The notes under the pieces: model-generated
The model's input: the letters and a program-made list of their open reading frames with translations, nothing else
What the model was told of the DNA's origin: nothing
Database searches by the model: none
Assembly: GCA_965204745.1 (NCBI GenBank)
Contig: OZ242010.1
Location: 1,024,001 to 1,088,000 of the forward strand
DNA from: Candidatus Latescibacterota bacterium
GTDB taxonomy: Bacteria > Latescibacterota > UBA2968
DNA length: 64,000 nt
Direction of reading: 5' to 3'
Shown here: in pieces, positions 1 through 10,172 of the stretch
Layout of the letters: every line of letters starts with the position of its first letter
Position numbering within the stretch: position 1 is the first letter of the stretch
Position numbers and translations under genes: made by a program

Positions 1-1
1 C

Positions 2-538
2 CGCAAGGGTGCGAATTTGCACCAAGATGCCGAATACGATATTCGCGATCTGCATTTCGACATCCAAATTTCGTTCTTCCCAGAAGACACGCCGCTCGAA
101 AGCGGGGGTACGCTGTTTGTGCCCGGCACGCAATTTCGCAGGGTTCACGAAGCCGAGATCAAACGCTATCAAAATGTCGTCGGGCAGGTGCAGGCGGTCT
201 GCGAAGCCGGGACGATGTTTTTCTGGCACACCAATATTTGGCATTCGGCCCGCAGCAATTTTACCGAGAGGGACCGCTACATGTTTAAGCTGCGCCTCAA
301 TCCCACGGTTCGCCAACAACGCCTGTGGAATACCGATGACTTGGACAGCCCCGAAGTCGCCCAAGCCCTCAATCAGAAAATCCCGTGGCACGGACAACGC
401 CACCGCATCGAACTCATGAATCGCATCAAATTCTGGCGGTTCCTCACCGGGGATCCCACATTTGATATGGCACTTTGGTGGGGCCGCGTTGAAAATACGC
501 CGGATATCATTCACCCCGACCAGCGAGTCGGCGCCTAA
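2..538 (+). CDS. Phytanoyl-CoA dioxygenase (PhyH) family Fe(II)/2-oxoglutarate dioxygenase, 5' truncated by window edge
   Basis: HxD (LHQD), GGTLFVPG and distal His (IWHSAR) motifs; frame is open to the window start. Confidence 0.8.
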   Translation, partial: RKGANLHQDAEYDIRDLHFDIQISFFPEDTPLESGGTLFVPGTQFRRVHEAEIKRYQNVVGQVQAVCEAGTMFFWHTNIWHSARSNFTERDRYMFKLRLNPTVRQQRLWNTDDLDSPEVAQALNQKIPWHGQRHRIELMNRIKFWRFLTGDPTFDMALWWGRVENTPDIIHPDQRVGA

Positions 539-559
539 ACCGAGGCAGAGAGGTCAGTC

Positions 560-1447
560 ATGCACTTGTCTATGCACAACTGGATGCGCTCGGAACCCCT
601 TGAGGTCACGCTTGAGCGATTGGCAAAATTTGGGTATGAGAGCATCGAACTCAGCGGCGAACCCGAGCGTTGCGATACCGCAGAAGTCCGTGCGTTGTTG
701 AACAAATACGAGATCCGCTGCTGGGGGGCGGTCACGCTGATGATGGGCGACCGCAACATGCTCGCCAAAGACGAGGCGGTTCGCGCCCAATCCGTGCAGT
801 ACGTCAAAGACTGCGTCACGATGGTCAAAGAGCTCGAAGGGTGCGAACTGACGGTGGTGCCGGCCACAGTGGGCAAGATCGAACCGGAGTCCACGCCGGA
901 GAATGAATGGGAATGGGCGGTCGCCGGCATGCGGGAGGTTTATGAGCATTCAGAGCGAGAAGGCGTGCGCCTCGCCATTGAACCCATCAATCGCTTCGAG
1001 ACGTATTTTATCACGCGAGGCGCCCAAGCCCTCGCGCTCGCCGAAGCGACAGGGCCCCATTGCGGCGTGTGTTTAGACGCTTTTCACATCAATATCGAGG
1101 AGGCCGATCCCCATCGCGCCATTCGAGATGCGGGTGACCGGTTGGTGGATTTTCACGTGGCCGACAACAATCGCATGGCGTGTGGCTTGGGCAACTGGGA
1201 TTGGGCGAACTTGGTCGCAACCCTGAAAGAGGTGGGGTATGATGGCGCGCTCACGGTTGAATTTGTCGCGCCCATTGATCGAACGCCTGCCAATGAATAT
1301 CCCAATGCGGTCGAGACCGATCCGGTGGATATCACGCCCGAGGAGCTCAAGTTTATTCAGGATCACGGCAGCAGTCTTTTGAGCGAGGAATTTTACACGT
1401 TTCTCGTCAAAAAGACCGCCGAGACGTTGTTGCCGCTGATCGCGTAG
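560..1447 (+). CDS. Sugar phosphate isomerase/epimerase (xylose-isomerase-like TIM barrel, ketose 3-epimerase-like)
   Basis: EPINRFE, LDAFHINIEE, HVADNNR and distal Glu (TVEF) metal ligands. Confidence 0.85.
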   Translation: MHLSMHNWMRSEPLEVTLERLAKFGYESIELSGEPERCDTAEVRALLNKYEIRCWGAVTLMMGDRNMLAKDEAVRAQSVQYVKDCVTMVKELEGCELTVVPATVGKIEPESTPENEWEWAVAGMREVYEHSEREGVRLAIEPINRFETYFITRGAQALALAEATGPHCGVCLDAFHINIEEADPHRAIRDAGDRLVDFHVADNNRMACGLGNWDWANLVATLKEVGYDGALTVEFVAPIDRTPANEYPNAVETDPVDITPEELKFIQDHGSSLLSEEFYTFLVKKTAETLLPLIA

Positions 1448-1461
1448 ATGGAGGGCAAACC

Positions 1462-2454
1462 ATGGCACGAAAAATTCTCGTTATGAACAATCTCCAAAAT
1501 CCCGAGTTTGAATCCGAGGCGCGGGCAAAGGCGCTCGATAGGTTGCGCGAATACGCCGAGGTCGCGTTTTATTCCACATCCGAACTGGCAACCGAACACG
1601 CGGCGGGCGTGGTGGGCGTTTTGGCGGATTCCGTCGTTTTCACGCCGCAATTCTACGCCGCCGCACGCGATTTGCGGATCGTCGCTCGCTGGGGCGTTGG
1701 GTTTGAAAAAGTGGATGTGCCGCGTGCGACCGATTGCGGTGTCCTCGTCACGGTTGCACCGGTTCACATGGTCACGGTTGCCGAATACGCCATTGCCCAA
1801 TGGATGGCAACGCTCAAACGCGCTTATACGCTGAACCGAAACAGCCATGCGGGCGATTTTCGGATTATCAAGACGTATGAGGCGCAAGGCTCGACTTTGG
1901 GGATTTGGGGCCTCGGGCGAATCGGGCGGGCAATGGCCGAACGTGCGCGTCCGCTTCTCGGGGCTTCGGGCCGGTTGCTCGTTTGCGATATCCGTCCCGA
2001 TATTCACGACATTGCGGCGCAATATCATGCCGAGGTGGTGGATGATCCCCGCGACCTGTTTGAAGCGTGCGATGCCATTTCGCTCCATCTTTCCGGAGAT
2101 GAGACGGTCGTCACCTACGATTTGCTCTGCGCGATGCAACCCCATGCGTCGCTCATCAATCCCTCGCGCGGCAATTTGGTGGATGACGAAGCCGTGAACC
2201 GCGCGATCAGAGAAGAACGCCTGTATTATTACGTGGTGGATGATCCGGTCGATCAGACCCGTGCGATTCACAAAGACCACCCCCGCATTATCTGCACCAA
2301 TCACAACGCGGGGATTTCCGTCGAATCGGCCATTCGCCTCGACGAGTGTTGCGCGGAACAAATCATCGCCGCACTTGAAGGGCGCACGCCGGATCATGTG
2401 CTCAATCCCGAGGTGCTCGCTCACCCGCGCGTTCGGAGATTTCTCAATGCGTAA
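1462..2454 (+). CDS. D-isomer-specific 2-hydroxyacid dehydrogenase
   Basis: RWGVG, GLGRIG Rossmann motif, INPSRG, HNAG. Confidence 0.85.
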   Translation: MARKILVMNNLQNPEFESEARAKALDRLREYAEVAFYSTSELATEHAAGVVGVLADSVVFTPQFYAAARDLRIVARWGVGFEKVDVPRATDCGVLVTVAPVHMVTVAEYAIAQWMATLKRAYTLNRNSHAGDFRIIKTYEAQGSTLGIWGLGRIGRAMAERARPLLGASGRLLVCDIRPDIHDIAAQYHAEVVDDPRDLFEACDAISLHLSGDETVVTYDLLCAMQPHASLINPSRGNLVDDEAVNRAIREERLYYYVVDDPVDQTRAIHKDHPRIICTNHNAGISVESAIRLDECCAEQIIAALEGRTPDHVLNPEVLAHPRVRRFLNA

Positions 2455-2482
2455 GGCACTTCTGACAGGTGAGTAAAAAAAT

Positions 2483-2508
2483 AAAACGCGCTTTTCAGCG
2501 CGTTTTTT
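2483..2508. terminator. Bidirectional intrinsic terminator
   Basis: AAAACGCGCT-TTTC-AGCGCGTTTT hairpin with A/T tails between convergent genes. Confidence 0.75.
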
Positions 2509-2649
2509 GTTGTTCGAGACTTACTGCTCTGTAAATTTATTTTAGTTTTTAGAGTATTTATTTTTTATCACTTGATCTGCGTTTTCATTTGGTTGGTATG
2601 CTGTTTCCAATTCCTTAATCATGAGATCCATCTGCTCGGGCTTTTTTTT

Positions 2650-3594
2650 CTATTTGCTGAATGCGTCGATCGCTTTTGTTGCGATCTCTACCGACCTCTT
2701 TTCCTTGTCAATTCCGATATATCGCCTGCCTTCGCGCAAGGCTGCCAAAGCCGTCGTGCCGCTTCCCACAAAACAATCGAGTACAATGTCATCGGGTTCG
2801 GTAAATAGTTTAATGACGCGCCGAGGAAGCTCAATGGGAAACTTGGACTCGTGATCCGAATTGCTTCGCACAGAGGGGATTTCCCACACGCCTCGGGAAC
2901 CCCAGTTGCCCCATTCTCGCTTTGTAAGCCGCGATCTATCTACTTTTGTGATCCCCGGCTTCCAAAAAGCGTAGAGATATTCCGATTCATCGACAGAACG
3001 GTAGGATATGGTATGCCATCTCGAATTTTCCCATGCGGCGTCTTTTACCCAGATACGCCGGTCGTACAAGTAAAAACCCGCGTCTTTAGCGGCGCGTTCG
3101 ATTAACCCACCGACGAGATAAACTCGCGTTTGGGGTTGGTATTTTCCACCTCTGATATTGTTGCCGTTGAGCCGCCGATCAATGGTTTGCTCACTGCATC
3201 CAAAGTGTTCTGCGAGTTTGTACCTGTTCCAATTCGGATGCTGTTTTACAACCTTTAGGATGTCTTCTTTTTTCAGATCGATTTTTCTGCGTGAGATGTT
3301 TTCCGCCATGATTTTTGGCATCTTCTCATCCTTAAAACACAGTATATCCGCGATATTGATCACCAGAAACCCACCGGGTTTTAGGATGGGGAAATGTCGC
3401 TTAATCACCTCGCGCAAAAGATTTTTCCAATCTTCAAAAGACAAATTTTTCTCGTATTCCTTGCCGACATAATAGGGCGGCGACCATACGCTCAGGGCAA
3501 TGGATTCCCGTTCGATCCGCCTTAAAAGTTGCCGTGAATCCCCGTGATATATTTCGTTCGGCACAAGTGGGTTAGGTACAGTTACGGTTGCCAT
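2650..3594 (-). CDS. Beta-class DNA amino-methyltransferase (probably N4-cytosine), partner of the adjacent endonuclease
   Basis: SPPY catalytic motif N-terminal, DCFVGSGTT SAM-binding motif C-terminal; overlaps the endonuclease stop. Confidence 0.9.
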   Translation of the reverse strand: MATVTVPNPLVPNEIYHGDSRQLLRRIERESIALSVWSPPYYVGKEYEKNLSFEDWKNLLREVIKRHFPILKPGGFLVINIADILCFKDEKMPKIMAENISRRKIDLKKEDILKVVKQHPNWNRYKLAEHFGCSEQTIDRRLNGNNIRGGKYQPQTRVYLVGGLIERAAKDAGFYLYDRRIWVKDAAWENSRWHTISYRSVDESEYLYAFWKPGITKVDRSRLTKREWGNWGSRGVWEIPSVRSNSDHESKFPIELPRRVIKLFTEPDDIVLDCFVGSGTTALAALREGRRYIGIDKEKRSVEIATKAIDAFSK

Positions 3595-4301
3595 GACCCT
3601 CTACACTCCTGTTTTGTTCGATCATAAGTAAGCGTTTGTATCCGCCACGTAGCCTTGGATTTCAACCTTCTAAAGCCAACCCTTACCCTGAAATCTTCGT
3701 CCAATGTTGGGGCATTTCTACCAGCTAGCCAAATGCCATCGCCAGCCCTTGGATTGTACCTTCTTTGCAATTTTCCATTCGGAATTGCTACAACATTCAC
3801 TTCCCTCAGATGATGGGTACCCCTGCTATCATCGCAGTACATAAAATGCACAAGGCAAGTCGTTGTCAGATAATTTTTGTCGCCATATTCGGATATTTCT
3901 GGCAAAAACCCTTTTTCATTTACCTGGCGACCTGACCGCATTTGTCTTACCCACATGGAAGTTTGCGACATCTGAATGGTTGCAGAACGATTTTCCTTTT
4001 CGGCCTTTGAGTCAATAAACAATGCCTGTCTCACGGTTTGATCGGGAAGGATCACATATCTTGCTTTCTTGTAATCCACCGTTCCATAGACTCTTTGCTG
4101 GACATTAAATCCCGAAAGCCGATCAAGCAATTCTCTCGTGATGTCCTCGGCAATATCTTTAACGCTATCAGGCGAGTTGAGGAATATCTCATGTGCTTCC
4201 ATTCCAAAATCATAAACCGCTTGAAATATCCAGCGCAAAGTGAGTTTTTCAATTTCCTCAATTTCATTTAAGGACAGTGTGTTTGGGTCTTTCTCTGTCA
4301 T
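3582..4301 (-). CDS. SfiI-family type II restriction endonuclease
   Basis: Colinear similarity to SfiI as recalled (LSLxExExxEK, AEDIT, DYK, D-x-K, VHFxY, RYNP, WRxQ); AAGGA RBS before ATG 4301; lower GC than flanks. Confidence 0.75.
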   Translation of the reverse strand: MTEKDPNTLSLNEIEEIEKLTLRWIFQAVYDFGMEAHEIFLNSPDSVKDIAEDITRELLDRLSGFNVQQRVYGTVDYKKARYVILPDQTVRQALFIDSKAEKENRSATIQMSQTSMWVRQMRSGRQVNEKGFLPEISEYGDKNYLTTTCLVHFMYCDDSRGTHHLREVNVVAIPNGKLQRRYNPRAGDGIWLAGRNAPTLDEDFRVRVGFRRLKSKATWRIQTLTYDRTKQECRGSWQP

Positions 4302-4604
4302 GTCTTTACATCCTTTGAACGGTATGCCAATGGACGTAACCGTTCCTATCAATCGAAAACGGAGCCGTCTTTTTTCTTATGCACGTCATCGTGCGTTTCC
4401 CTCGTTCAAGATACACCGATCCACTTGTGCGTCAAGTTGTAGTTCCACTCTCCAAAATGGCGATGGAAAGTCGTTTTACAAAAAACGCCCCGGCAATACC
4501 CGTGCGTCTCCATTTCGCAACCATTGCGTTTGCGCGCCAAATCGCCTATTATGTTCACCCCTTGTCAACTCGAATGCGTCCAATTCACCACTCGGAGAAC
4601 CGCC

Positions 4605-5750
4605 ATGAAAATCGCCAAAATCGAACAGTTCTATCCCCGCCGGAGAATGCGCTTGATCAAAATAACCACCGATACCGGCATTGACGGATGGGGCGAGACC
4701 ACCCTTGAGGGCAAGCCCAAAAGCACCTGGGCCGCAGTGGAAGAACTCGCGGACTACCTCATCGGCAAAGACCCCCTGTGTGTCGAACACCACTGGCAAC
4801 ACATCTACCGATCCGCTTTTTACCGCGGCGGCAACGTGCTCATGACCGCCCTATCGGGCATCGACCAAGCCCTGTGGGACATCGCGGGCAAACACTACGG
4901 CGTGCCCACCTATCGACTGCTCGGCGGCCCGGTGCGCGACCGCATTCGCGTCTATGCCCACTGGGGAATCGGCAACACCTCGGAGGCAGGCTTGGCATCT
5001 GCGCGCGAGCGGCTCGACATGTTACAAACAAAGGGCGGATACACCGCGTTCAAAACCGGGCCGGGCGGCAAGTGGCGCGCCCACGAACCCCCTGCGGTGA
5101 TCGACGACTTTGTCAAACGCGCGTACACCATGCGCGAATGGGTCGGCGACGACTGCGAACTCTGCTTTGACTTTCACGGCAAAATGACGCCCGCGCTCGC
5201 CATTGAAATCTGCCATGAAATCAAGGGCATGCGCCCCATGTTTGTCGAAGAACCCGTGCCCCAAGAAAATGTTGACGCGCTCAAACTCGTCTCTGACCAT
5301 GTGCCCTTTCCCATAGCCACGGGCGAACGCCTGCTCTCGCGCTGGGAATTTCGCACTGTGTTCGAGAAAAACGCGGTCGCGTACATCCAACCCGACGCCT
5401 CCCATGCAGGCGGGATTTCCGAACTCAAGCGCATCGCCAACATGGCCGAAGTGTATTACATGCACATCATGCCCCACTGCGCCATCGGCCCGGTCGCGTT
5501 CTCCGCGTGTATGCAAGTCGATGCCGCCGTGCCCAATTTTCTCATTCAAGAACAAGTCGACGCGGGCTTGGGCGAGGGTCTCCTGAAAGATCCGTGGGTG
5601 GTCAAAAACGGCCACATCGAATCGCCCGCCAAACCCGGCCTGGGCTTTGACCTCATCCCCGAAGAAGCCGAACAAAACCTCGGCCTCTACGAAGAAGAAC
5701 TCGGCGGGGAATACTGTTATGAAACCGATGGTAGCGTCGCGGATTGGTGA
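4605..5750 (+). CDS. dgoD: Galactonate dehydratase-like enolase superfamily enzyme
   Basis: GWGE, SGIDQALWDI, DFHG, EEP, TGER motifs; GGAG RBS. Confidence 0.7.
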   Translation: MKIAKIEQFYPRRRMRLIKITTDTGIDGWGETTLEGKPKSTWAAVEELADYLIGKDPLCVEHHWQHIYRSAFYRGGNVLMTALSGIDQALWDIAGKHYGVPTYRLLGGPVRDRIRVYAHWGIGNTSEAGLASARERLDMLQTKGGYTAFKTGPGGKWRAHEPPAVIDDFVKRAYTMREWVGDDCELCFDFHGKMTPALAIEICHEIKGMRPMFVEEPVPQENVDALKLVSDHVPFPIATGERLLSRWEFRTVFEKNAVAYIQPDASHAGGISELKRIANMAEVYYMHIMPHCAIGPVAFSACMQVDAAVPNFLIQEQVDAGLGEGLLKDPWVVKNGHIESPAKPGLGFDLIPEEAEQNLGLYEEELGGEYCYETDGSVADW

Positions 5751-5751
5751 A

Positions 5752-5907
5752 AGGTGAGACGTAAGACGGGAGAGATAAGAGGCAAGATGAAAGGCGCAAG
5801 ACGGGAGAGGCAAGCGGTAAGAGGCAAGAGGCAAGAGGCGAGAAACAGGCTCCAAGCGGTCAGTGATCAGTAGTCAGTAGTCAGTGGTCAGTGGTCAGTG
5901 GTCAGTC
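5752..5907. repeat. Heptamer tandem arrays (GAGGCAA-like, then TCAGTGG)
   Basis: Degenerate 7-bp periodicity read directly. Confidence 0.85.
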
Positions 5908-5922
5908 CCCGCACACACCCCT

Positions 5923-5965
5923 GTCTGAATCGCGGATTAAACGGATTAGGGGATTGCGCGGATTA
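5923..5965. repeat. GGATT-periodic ~43-bp dispersed repeat (inverted copies at 46648-46690, 61287-61330, 61491-61532)
   Basis: gtctgaatcgcggattaaacggattaggggattgcgcggatta matches the three reverse copies. Confidence 0.8.
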
Positions 5966-6018
5966 AAACCCGTCCACCCATCTGCGTCGTTCCCAATCGG
6001 TCAGAGATCCGCAATCGC

Positions 6019-6044
6019 GTAGGGACAGGGCCCTGTGGCCGTCC
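6019..6044 (+). repeat. GTAG-type REP (other copies 10799-10824, 32038-32063, 61387-61412; variants ~19531-19556, ~30399-30426)
   Basis: GTAG foot followed by imperfect GGACAGG...CCTGTCC palindrome. Confidence 0.7.
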
Positions 6045-6149
6045 GAATAAGACGCGAATCCCGGCCCTCGTCATGCTGACGAAAATCGGCACGCGCAAGC
6101 ACAACGTAAGTAGTCCAGTGACTTTTGTTTTTTTTACAAGGAGTTTTTC

Positions 6150-7487
6150 ATGAACCGACCAAACATCGTTTTCGTCTTCGCCGATGACTGGGGTTGGGGC
6201 GATTTGAGTTGTTATGGGCATCCCCATGCCAGAACGCCAAATCTGGATCGCCTCGCCGCGCAGGGCACGCTGTTTTCCCAATTCTACGTCTGCTCGGGCG
6301 TGTGTTCCCCAAGCCGCGCCGCGGTGATGACCGGGCGTTTTCCCGCGCACTGGGGCATCCACGGGCATTTTGCCCAACACGAACAGAACGCGGCCCGCGG
6401 CATGCCCAACTTTCTCGATCCAGACGCGGTCACCGTCACCCGCTTGTTGCAACAAAGCGGGTACGCCGTGGGTCACTTTGGCAAATGGCATCTCGGCAGC
6501 GGCACGGGCGCGCCAGGGCCTTGTGATTACGGCATTGACGAGTGCAAAATCAATGTGGGCAACGGCCCGTTGCTCAACTTTACCGACGTGCAAACGGGCG
6601 AAGCACGCAGCCGCTCCACAGAAGTCATCATCGACGAAACCATTGGCTTTATTCAGCGCAACAAAAACGAATCCTTTTTCGTTCAGGCGTGGCTCAACGA
6701 CACCCATGCGATTCTCGATCCCACCGAGGAACAGATGGCGCCGTATCGGCAATTCACGTCCAATGGGCTAGAGGACAAACACAAGGGCGCGCTACGGATT
6801 TACTACTCGGTCGTCACCAATGCGGACCACCACATCGGCCGGCTGATGGACAAACTCGACGAACTGAATTTGACCGAGAACACCATCGTCATCTTCTCTG
6901 CGGACAATGGCCCGGAGGACATCCACATTCGCAATGCCTCGCACAGCGGCGTAGGCTCGGCCGGCCCTTTTCGCGGTCGCAAGCGTAGCCTGTACGAAGG
7001 CGGTGTGCGAACGCCCTTTATCATTCGCTGGCCCAATGGCGCGGCCTCCGCACGGATTGACAACCACACGCCGCTTTGCGCCGTGGACCTCCTGCCCACG
7101 TTCTGTTCCCTCGCGGGCATCGACATCGACGACCTGCACTTGAATGGCGAAGACATGACCGATGCCCTGCGCGGTCACAGTGTCGCGCGAAAAAAACCGC
7201 TCATGTGGGAATGGCGGTTCAATATCCACGGGCACTGTTTGCACAAAAGCCCCATGCTCTCCATCCGCGAAGGCGATTGGAAATTGCTCTTAAATCCGGA
7301 CCGTAGCCGCGTCGAACTCTTCGACATCCCGCAAGACCCCATGGAACTCAACAACCGCGCCGACCACCTGCCCGACCGCGTGGCCCAAATGGCGGACCGC
7401 GTGCTCGCCTGGCAAGACACATTGCCCGATGGCCCTGTGGATGACAACGCGGGATCGAATGCGTATCCGTGGCCGGGAACGTTTTAA
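6150..7487 (+). CDS. Formylglycine-dependent sulfatase
   Basis: PNIVFVFADD, CSPSR, GKWHLG, DNG. Confidence 0.93.
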   Translation: MNRPNIVFVFADDWGWGDLSCYGHPHARTPNLDRLAAQGTLFSQFYVCSGVCSPSRAAVMTGRFPAHWGIHGHFAQHEQNAARGMPNFLDPDAVTVTRLLQQSGYAVGHFGKWHLGSGTGAPGPCDYGIDECKINVGNGPLLNFTDVQTGEARSRSTEVIIDETIGFIQRNKNESFFVQAWLNDTHAILDPTEEQMAPYRQFTSNGLEDKHKGALRIYYSVVTNADHHIGRLMDKLDELNLTENTIVIFSADNGPEDIHIRNASHSGVGSAGPFRGRKRSLYEGGVRTPFIIRWPNGAASARIDNHTPLCAVDLLPTFCSLAGIDIDDLHLNGEDMTDALRGHSVARKKPLMWEWRFNIHGHCLHKSPMLSIREGDWKLLLNPDRSRVELFDIPQDPMELNNRADHLPDRVAQMADRVLAWQDTLPDGPVDDNAGSNAYPWPGTF

Positions 7488-7490
7488 GAC

Positions 7491-7595
7491 AGTTGTCAGT
7501 TGTCAGTTGTCAGTTGTCAGTCCATCTTTTTGTGCCTTTTGTGCCTTTTGTGGCATCTTGCCTTCGTTGTCAGTTGTCAGTTGTCAGTTGTCAGT
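7491..7595. repeat. (TGTCAGT)n arrays bracketing a (TTTGTGCCT)n nonamer array
   Basis: Read directly. Confidence 0.9.
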
Positions 7596-7649
7596 CCATC
7601 CTATCCCCGCCCCCTAATGGGGGGAGGGGAGTATAGATCGGAGAACTCC

Positions 7650-8873
7650 ATGGAACAACTCGCCATCAACGGCGGGCCAAAGGCCAAATCCGTGCCTTAC
7701 AACCAGCCCAACAAATACACCGGCGACGAACGCGCCTTGTTACTCGAAGTCCTCGACTCGGGCAAACTCATGGGGCCGGGGGGCAAAGTCGCGGCCTTTG
7801 AGGCTGACGTGTGCCGCGCATTTCAGGTCAACCACGCCATCATGGTCACCTCTGGCACCGCGGCCTTGCAAACGGCCTTGGTCGCGCTCGGGGTTGTCGA
7901 AGGCGATGAGGTCATCACCACGCCCATGACCGACTTTGGCACGACCTCGGCCATCCTCGCCCTGCACGCCATCCCGGTCTTTGCGGACATCGACCTGGCG
8001 ACCCGCCTGCTCGATCCGCAAAAAGTCCGGAAAAAAATCACGCCCAAAACCCGCGCCATCATCACCGTACACATGGCCGGTATGCCCTGCGACATGGCGG
8101 TATTCCAGCGCATTGCCGAGGAAACCGGGGTCAAACTCCTCGAGGATTGCGCGCAAGCCCACGGCGCGACCTATCGCGGACACTTCGTCGGTTCGCTAGG
8201 CCACGCGGCCGGATTTTCCATGAACGAATCCAAACAACTCTCCACGGGCGACGGCGGCTATGTCACCACCAACGACGACACCACCGCTGACATCGCCCGC
8301 CTCTTTCGGGACAAAACCTATTTGCGCGACGAAAAACGCGAACGCGGCGCACAACCCATTCCCTTTTTCGGCGCGAACCTGCGCCCCACCAATTTGCAAG
8401 CCGCCATTGCCATAGCCCAACTCCGCAAACTCGAGGGCCTCATGGCCCGCCGCGACCAAATCGCGCGCCGCTACATCGCCGAACTCGGGCACTTGCCCCA
8501 CCTCGACTTTCCCAAAATCGCGGCCAACGCCCAACCCTCGTGGTGGCCCCTCGCCATTCGCTACACCGGCACTGCACCGACCCGAGACGAACTCGTCGCC
8601 GTCCTCCGCGCCGAAGGCATTCCCATCAACACCAGCATGTCCGCGGTGAAAAACATCCTGCGCGCCGAGGTCATTCAAAAACGCAAGTACTACCCACTCA
8701 CAGACGCCATCCCGAGCTTCTGGCAAAACACCGCGTACAACCCCGACGACTGCCCCAACGTAGATGCCCTACAAGCCACCTGCCTCCGCCTGCCCATCGA
8801 TGAACGCCACGCGGACCGAGACATCGCCCAAACCATCGCAGGCGTGAAAAAAGTCTGGGCGCACTATTTTTGA
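7650..8873 (+). CDS. DegT/DnrJ/EryC1/StrS PLP-dependent aminotransferase
   Basis: SGTAAL, EDCAQAHG, SMNESKQLSTGDGG (PLP lysine); GGAG RBS before ATG 7650. Confidence 0.9.
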   Translation: MEQLAINGGPKAKSVPYNQPNKYTGDERALLLEVLDSGKLMGPGGKVAAFEADVCRAFQVNHAIMVTSGTAALQTALVALGVVEGDEVITTPMTDFGTTSAILALHAIPVFADIDLATRLLDPQKVRKKITPKTRAIITVHMAGMPCDMAVFQRIAEETGVKLLEDCAQAHGATYRGHFVGSLGHAAGFSMNESKQLSTGDGGYVTTNDDTTADIARLFRDKTYLRDEKRERGAQPIPFFGANLRPTNLQAAIAIAQLRKLEGLMARRDQIARRYIAELGHLPHLDFPKIAANAQPSWWPLAIRYTGTAPTRDELVAVLRAEGIPINTSMSAVKNILRAEVIQKRKYYPLTDAIPSFWQNTAYNPDDCPNVDALQATCLRLPIDERHADRDIAQTIAGVKKVWAHYF

Positions 8874-8896
8874 TCGCGGCTTCTGGAAAATTAACC

Positions 8897-10165
8897 ATGT
8901 TCAAATACCTCGCCATCCTTTGTCTGATTGCCGCGCCTGCGTGGGGGCAAATTGGGCATGAGATCGAAAATATCGAAGTGCGTGGGAATGAGAAAACTCG
9001 CGTTGAAATCATCCGGCAGGTCTTGCCCATCAAAATTGGGGACGACCTGCGCGAGGGAGATCTGGACCGCTGCCGCGTGGTGCTGGAGCGGTTGTCGCTG
9101 TTTCGCACGGTCTTTGTCAACGTGAAGCCCGGCACGCGACGAGGCCATGCCATTCTCGTGATCTACGTGCGGGAAAAACGCTTTGGCACGCTGGACGGCA
9201 GTCTCGAATATTCCGAGCTCGACGGCTTTGGCTTGGTCACCGATGCTCATTACGCCAATCTGCGCGGGGAGGGCAAGGTGATCGGCGCGGCGTATGGGTG
9301 GCGCGAGCGCCTGAAATACTGGGGGTTTCGGTACGCGGACCCGCTCTTTCTCCAAACCGACCATGCGTTTCATGTCCAAGTTACGGGGTCTTCTGCGGAC
9401 CGGGACATCTTTCGGCACTCAAACTCGGACATCCGCGGGCGATACGACCTCGAGCGCATTGGCTTTGCCGTAGGCGTCGGGCAACCCTCGCCGCTGCGCG
9501 CGTACCACTTCGTCTTGAACTACGCTTTTGAAGCCATCCAAATCGGCGCGTTTCAACGCCCTAGCATCGTCACAGGAGACGGGGTTTTCGCCGATGAAAT
9601 CGCAGACGCCGAGGGCAGGGAACAACTCTCCACGCTCTCATTGCACTTGTTCAAACAACCCACGGGCGCGACATGGGGGCACGGCACGGATTTCAACACC
9701 CGCCTCAGTTTGTCGTCCAAAGTGCTCGGCTCGGTTGCCAATTTTGCCAAACTCCGCGTGGAACTCCATCGGCAACAACACTTGGTTGCCGGGCACAGCT
9801 TCTCGGTGGGGGTCAAAGCAGGGGGCATTTTGGGGCATCCGCCGTTTTACGAACGCTTTTACATGGATGGGGACAACCAACTCCGGGGGGTTGAACGCCG
9901 CGTGATTGGGCCTGAAGGCGGCACCCTGTTTTTTGCTACCGAAGCCCTGTACGCCGTGGCTATCAAACCCCTAGGGCGGGTGTATGCCTTTGCCGAAAGC
10001 GGCGGGGTATTGCGCTTTGTGAACGCCAACAGTCGGCGCGATGCGGGCACGGCGTTTGGCGTGGGCTTGTTGCTCTTCAACCGCGTGGACATCAGCTTTG
10101 GGATCAACACGGGCACCCTGATCGTCAAATCGCATCGCTTTATCAAGGGCGGCATTGGTCTGTGA
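8897..10165 (+). CDS. Omp85/BamA-TamA family outer membrane protein with a single POTRA domain
   Basis: Signal peptide, IEVRGNEKT POTRA start, FYMDGDNQLRG loop motif. Confidence 0.75.
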   Translation: MFKYLAILCLIAAPAWGQIGHEIENIEVRGNEKTRVEIIRQVLPIKIGDDLREGDLDRCRVVLERLSLFRTVFVNVKPGTRRGHAILVIYVREKRFGTLDGSLEYSELDGFGLVTDAHYANLRGEGKVIGAAYGWRERLKYWGFRYADPLFLQTDHAFHVQVTGSSADRDIFRHSNSDIRGRYDLERIGFAVGVGQPSPLRAYHFVLNYAFEAIQIGAFQRPSIVTGDGVFADEIADAEGREQLSTLSLHLFKQPTGATWGHGTDFNTRLSLSSKVLGSVANFAKLRVELHRQQHLVAGHSFSVGVKAGGILGHPPFYERFYMDGDNQLRGVERRVIGPEGGTLFFATEALYAVAIKPLGRVYAFAESGGVLRFVNANSRRDAGTAFGVGLLLFNRVDISFGINTGTLIVKSHRFIKGGIGL

Positions 10166-10172
10166 GGCAAAG

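Noticed and set aside
7500-7649. N-terminal extension of the aminotransferase and similar LLPLASC / SVVSCQL peptides elsewhere
   Set aside because: These are translations of heptamer arrays; RBS-supported starts lie downstream.
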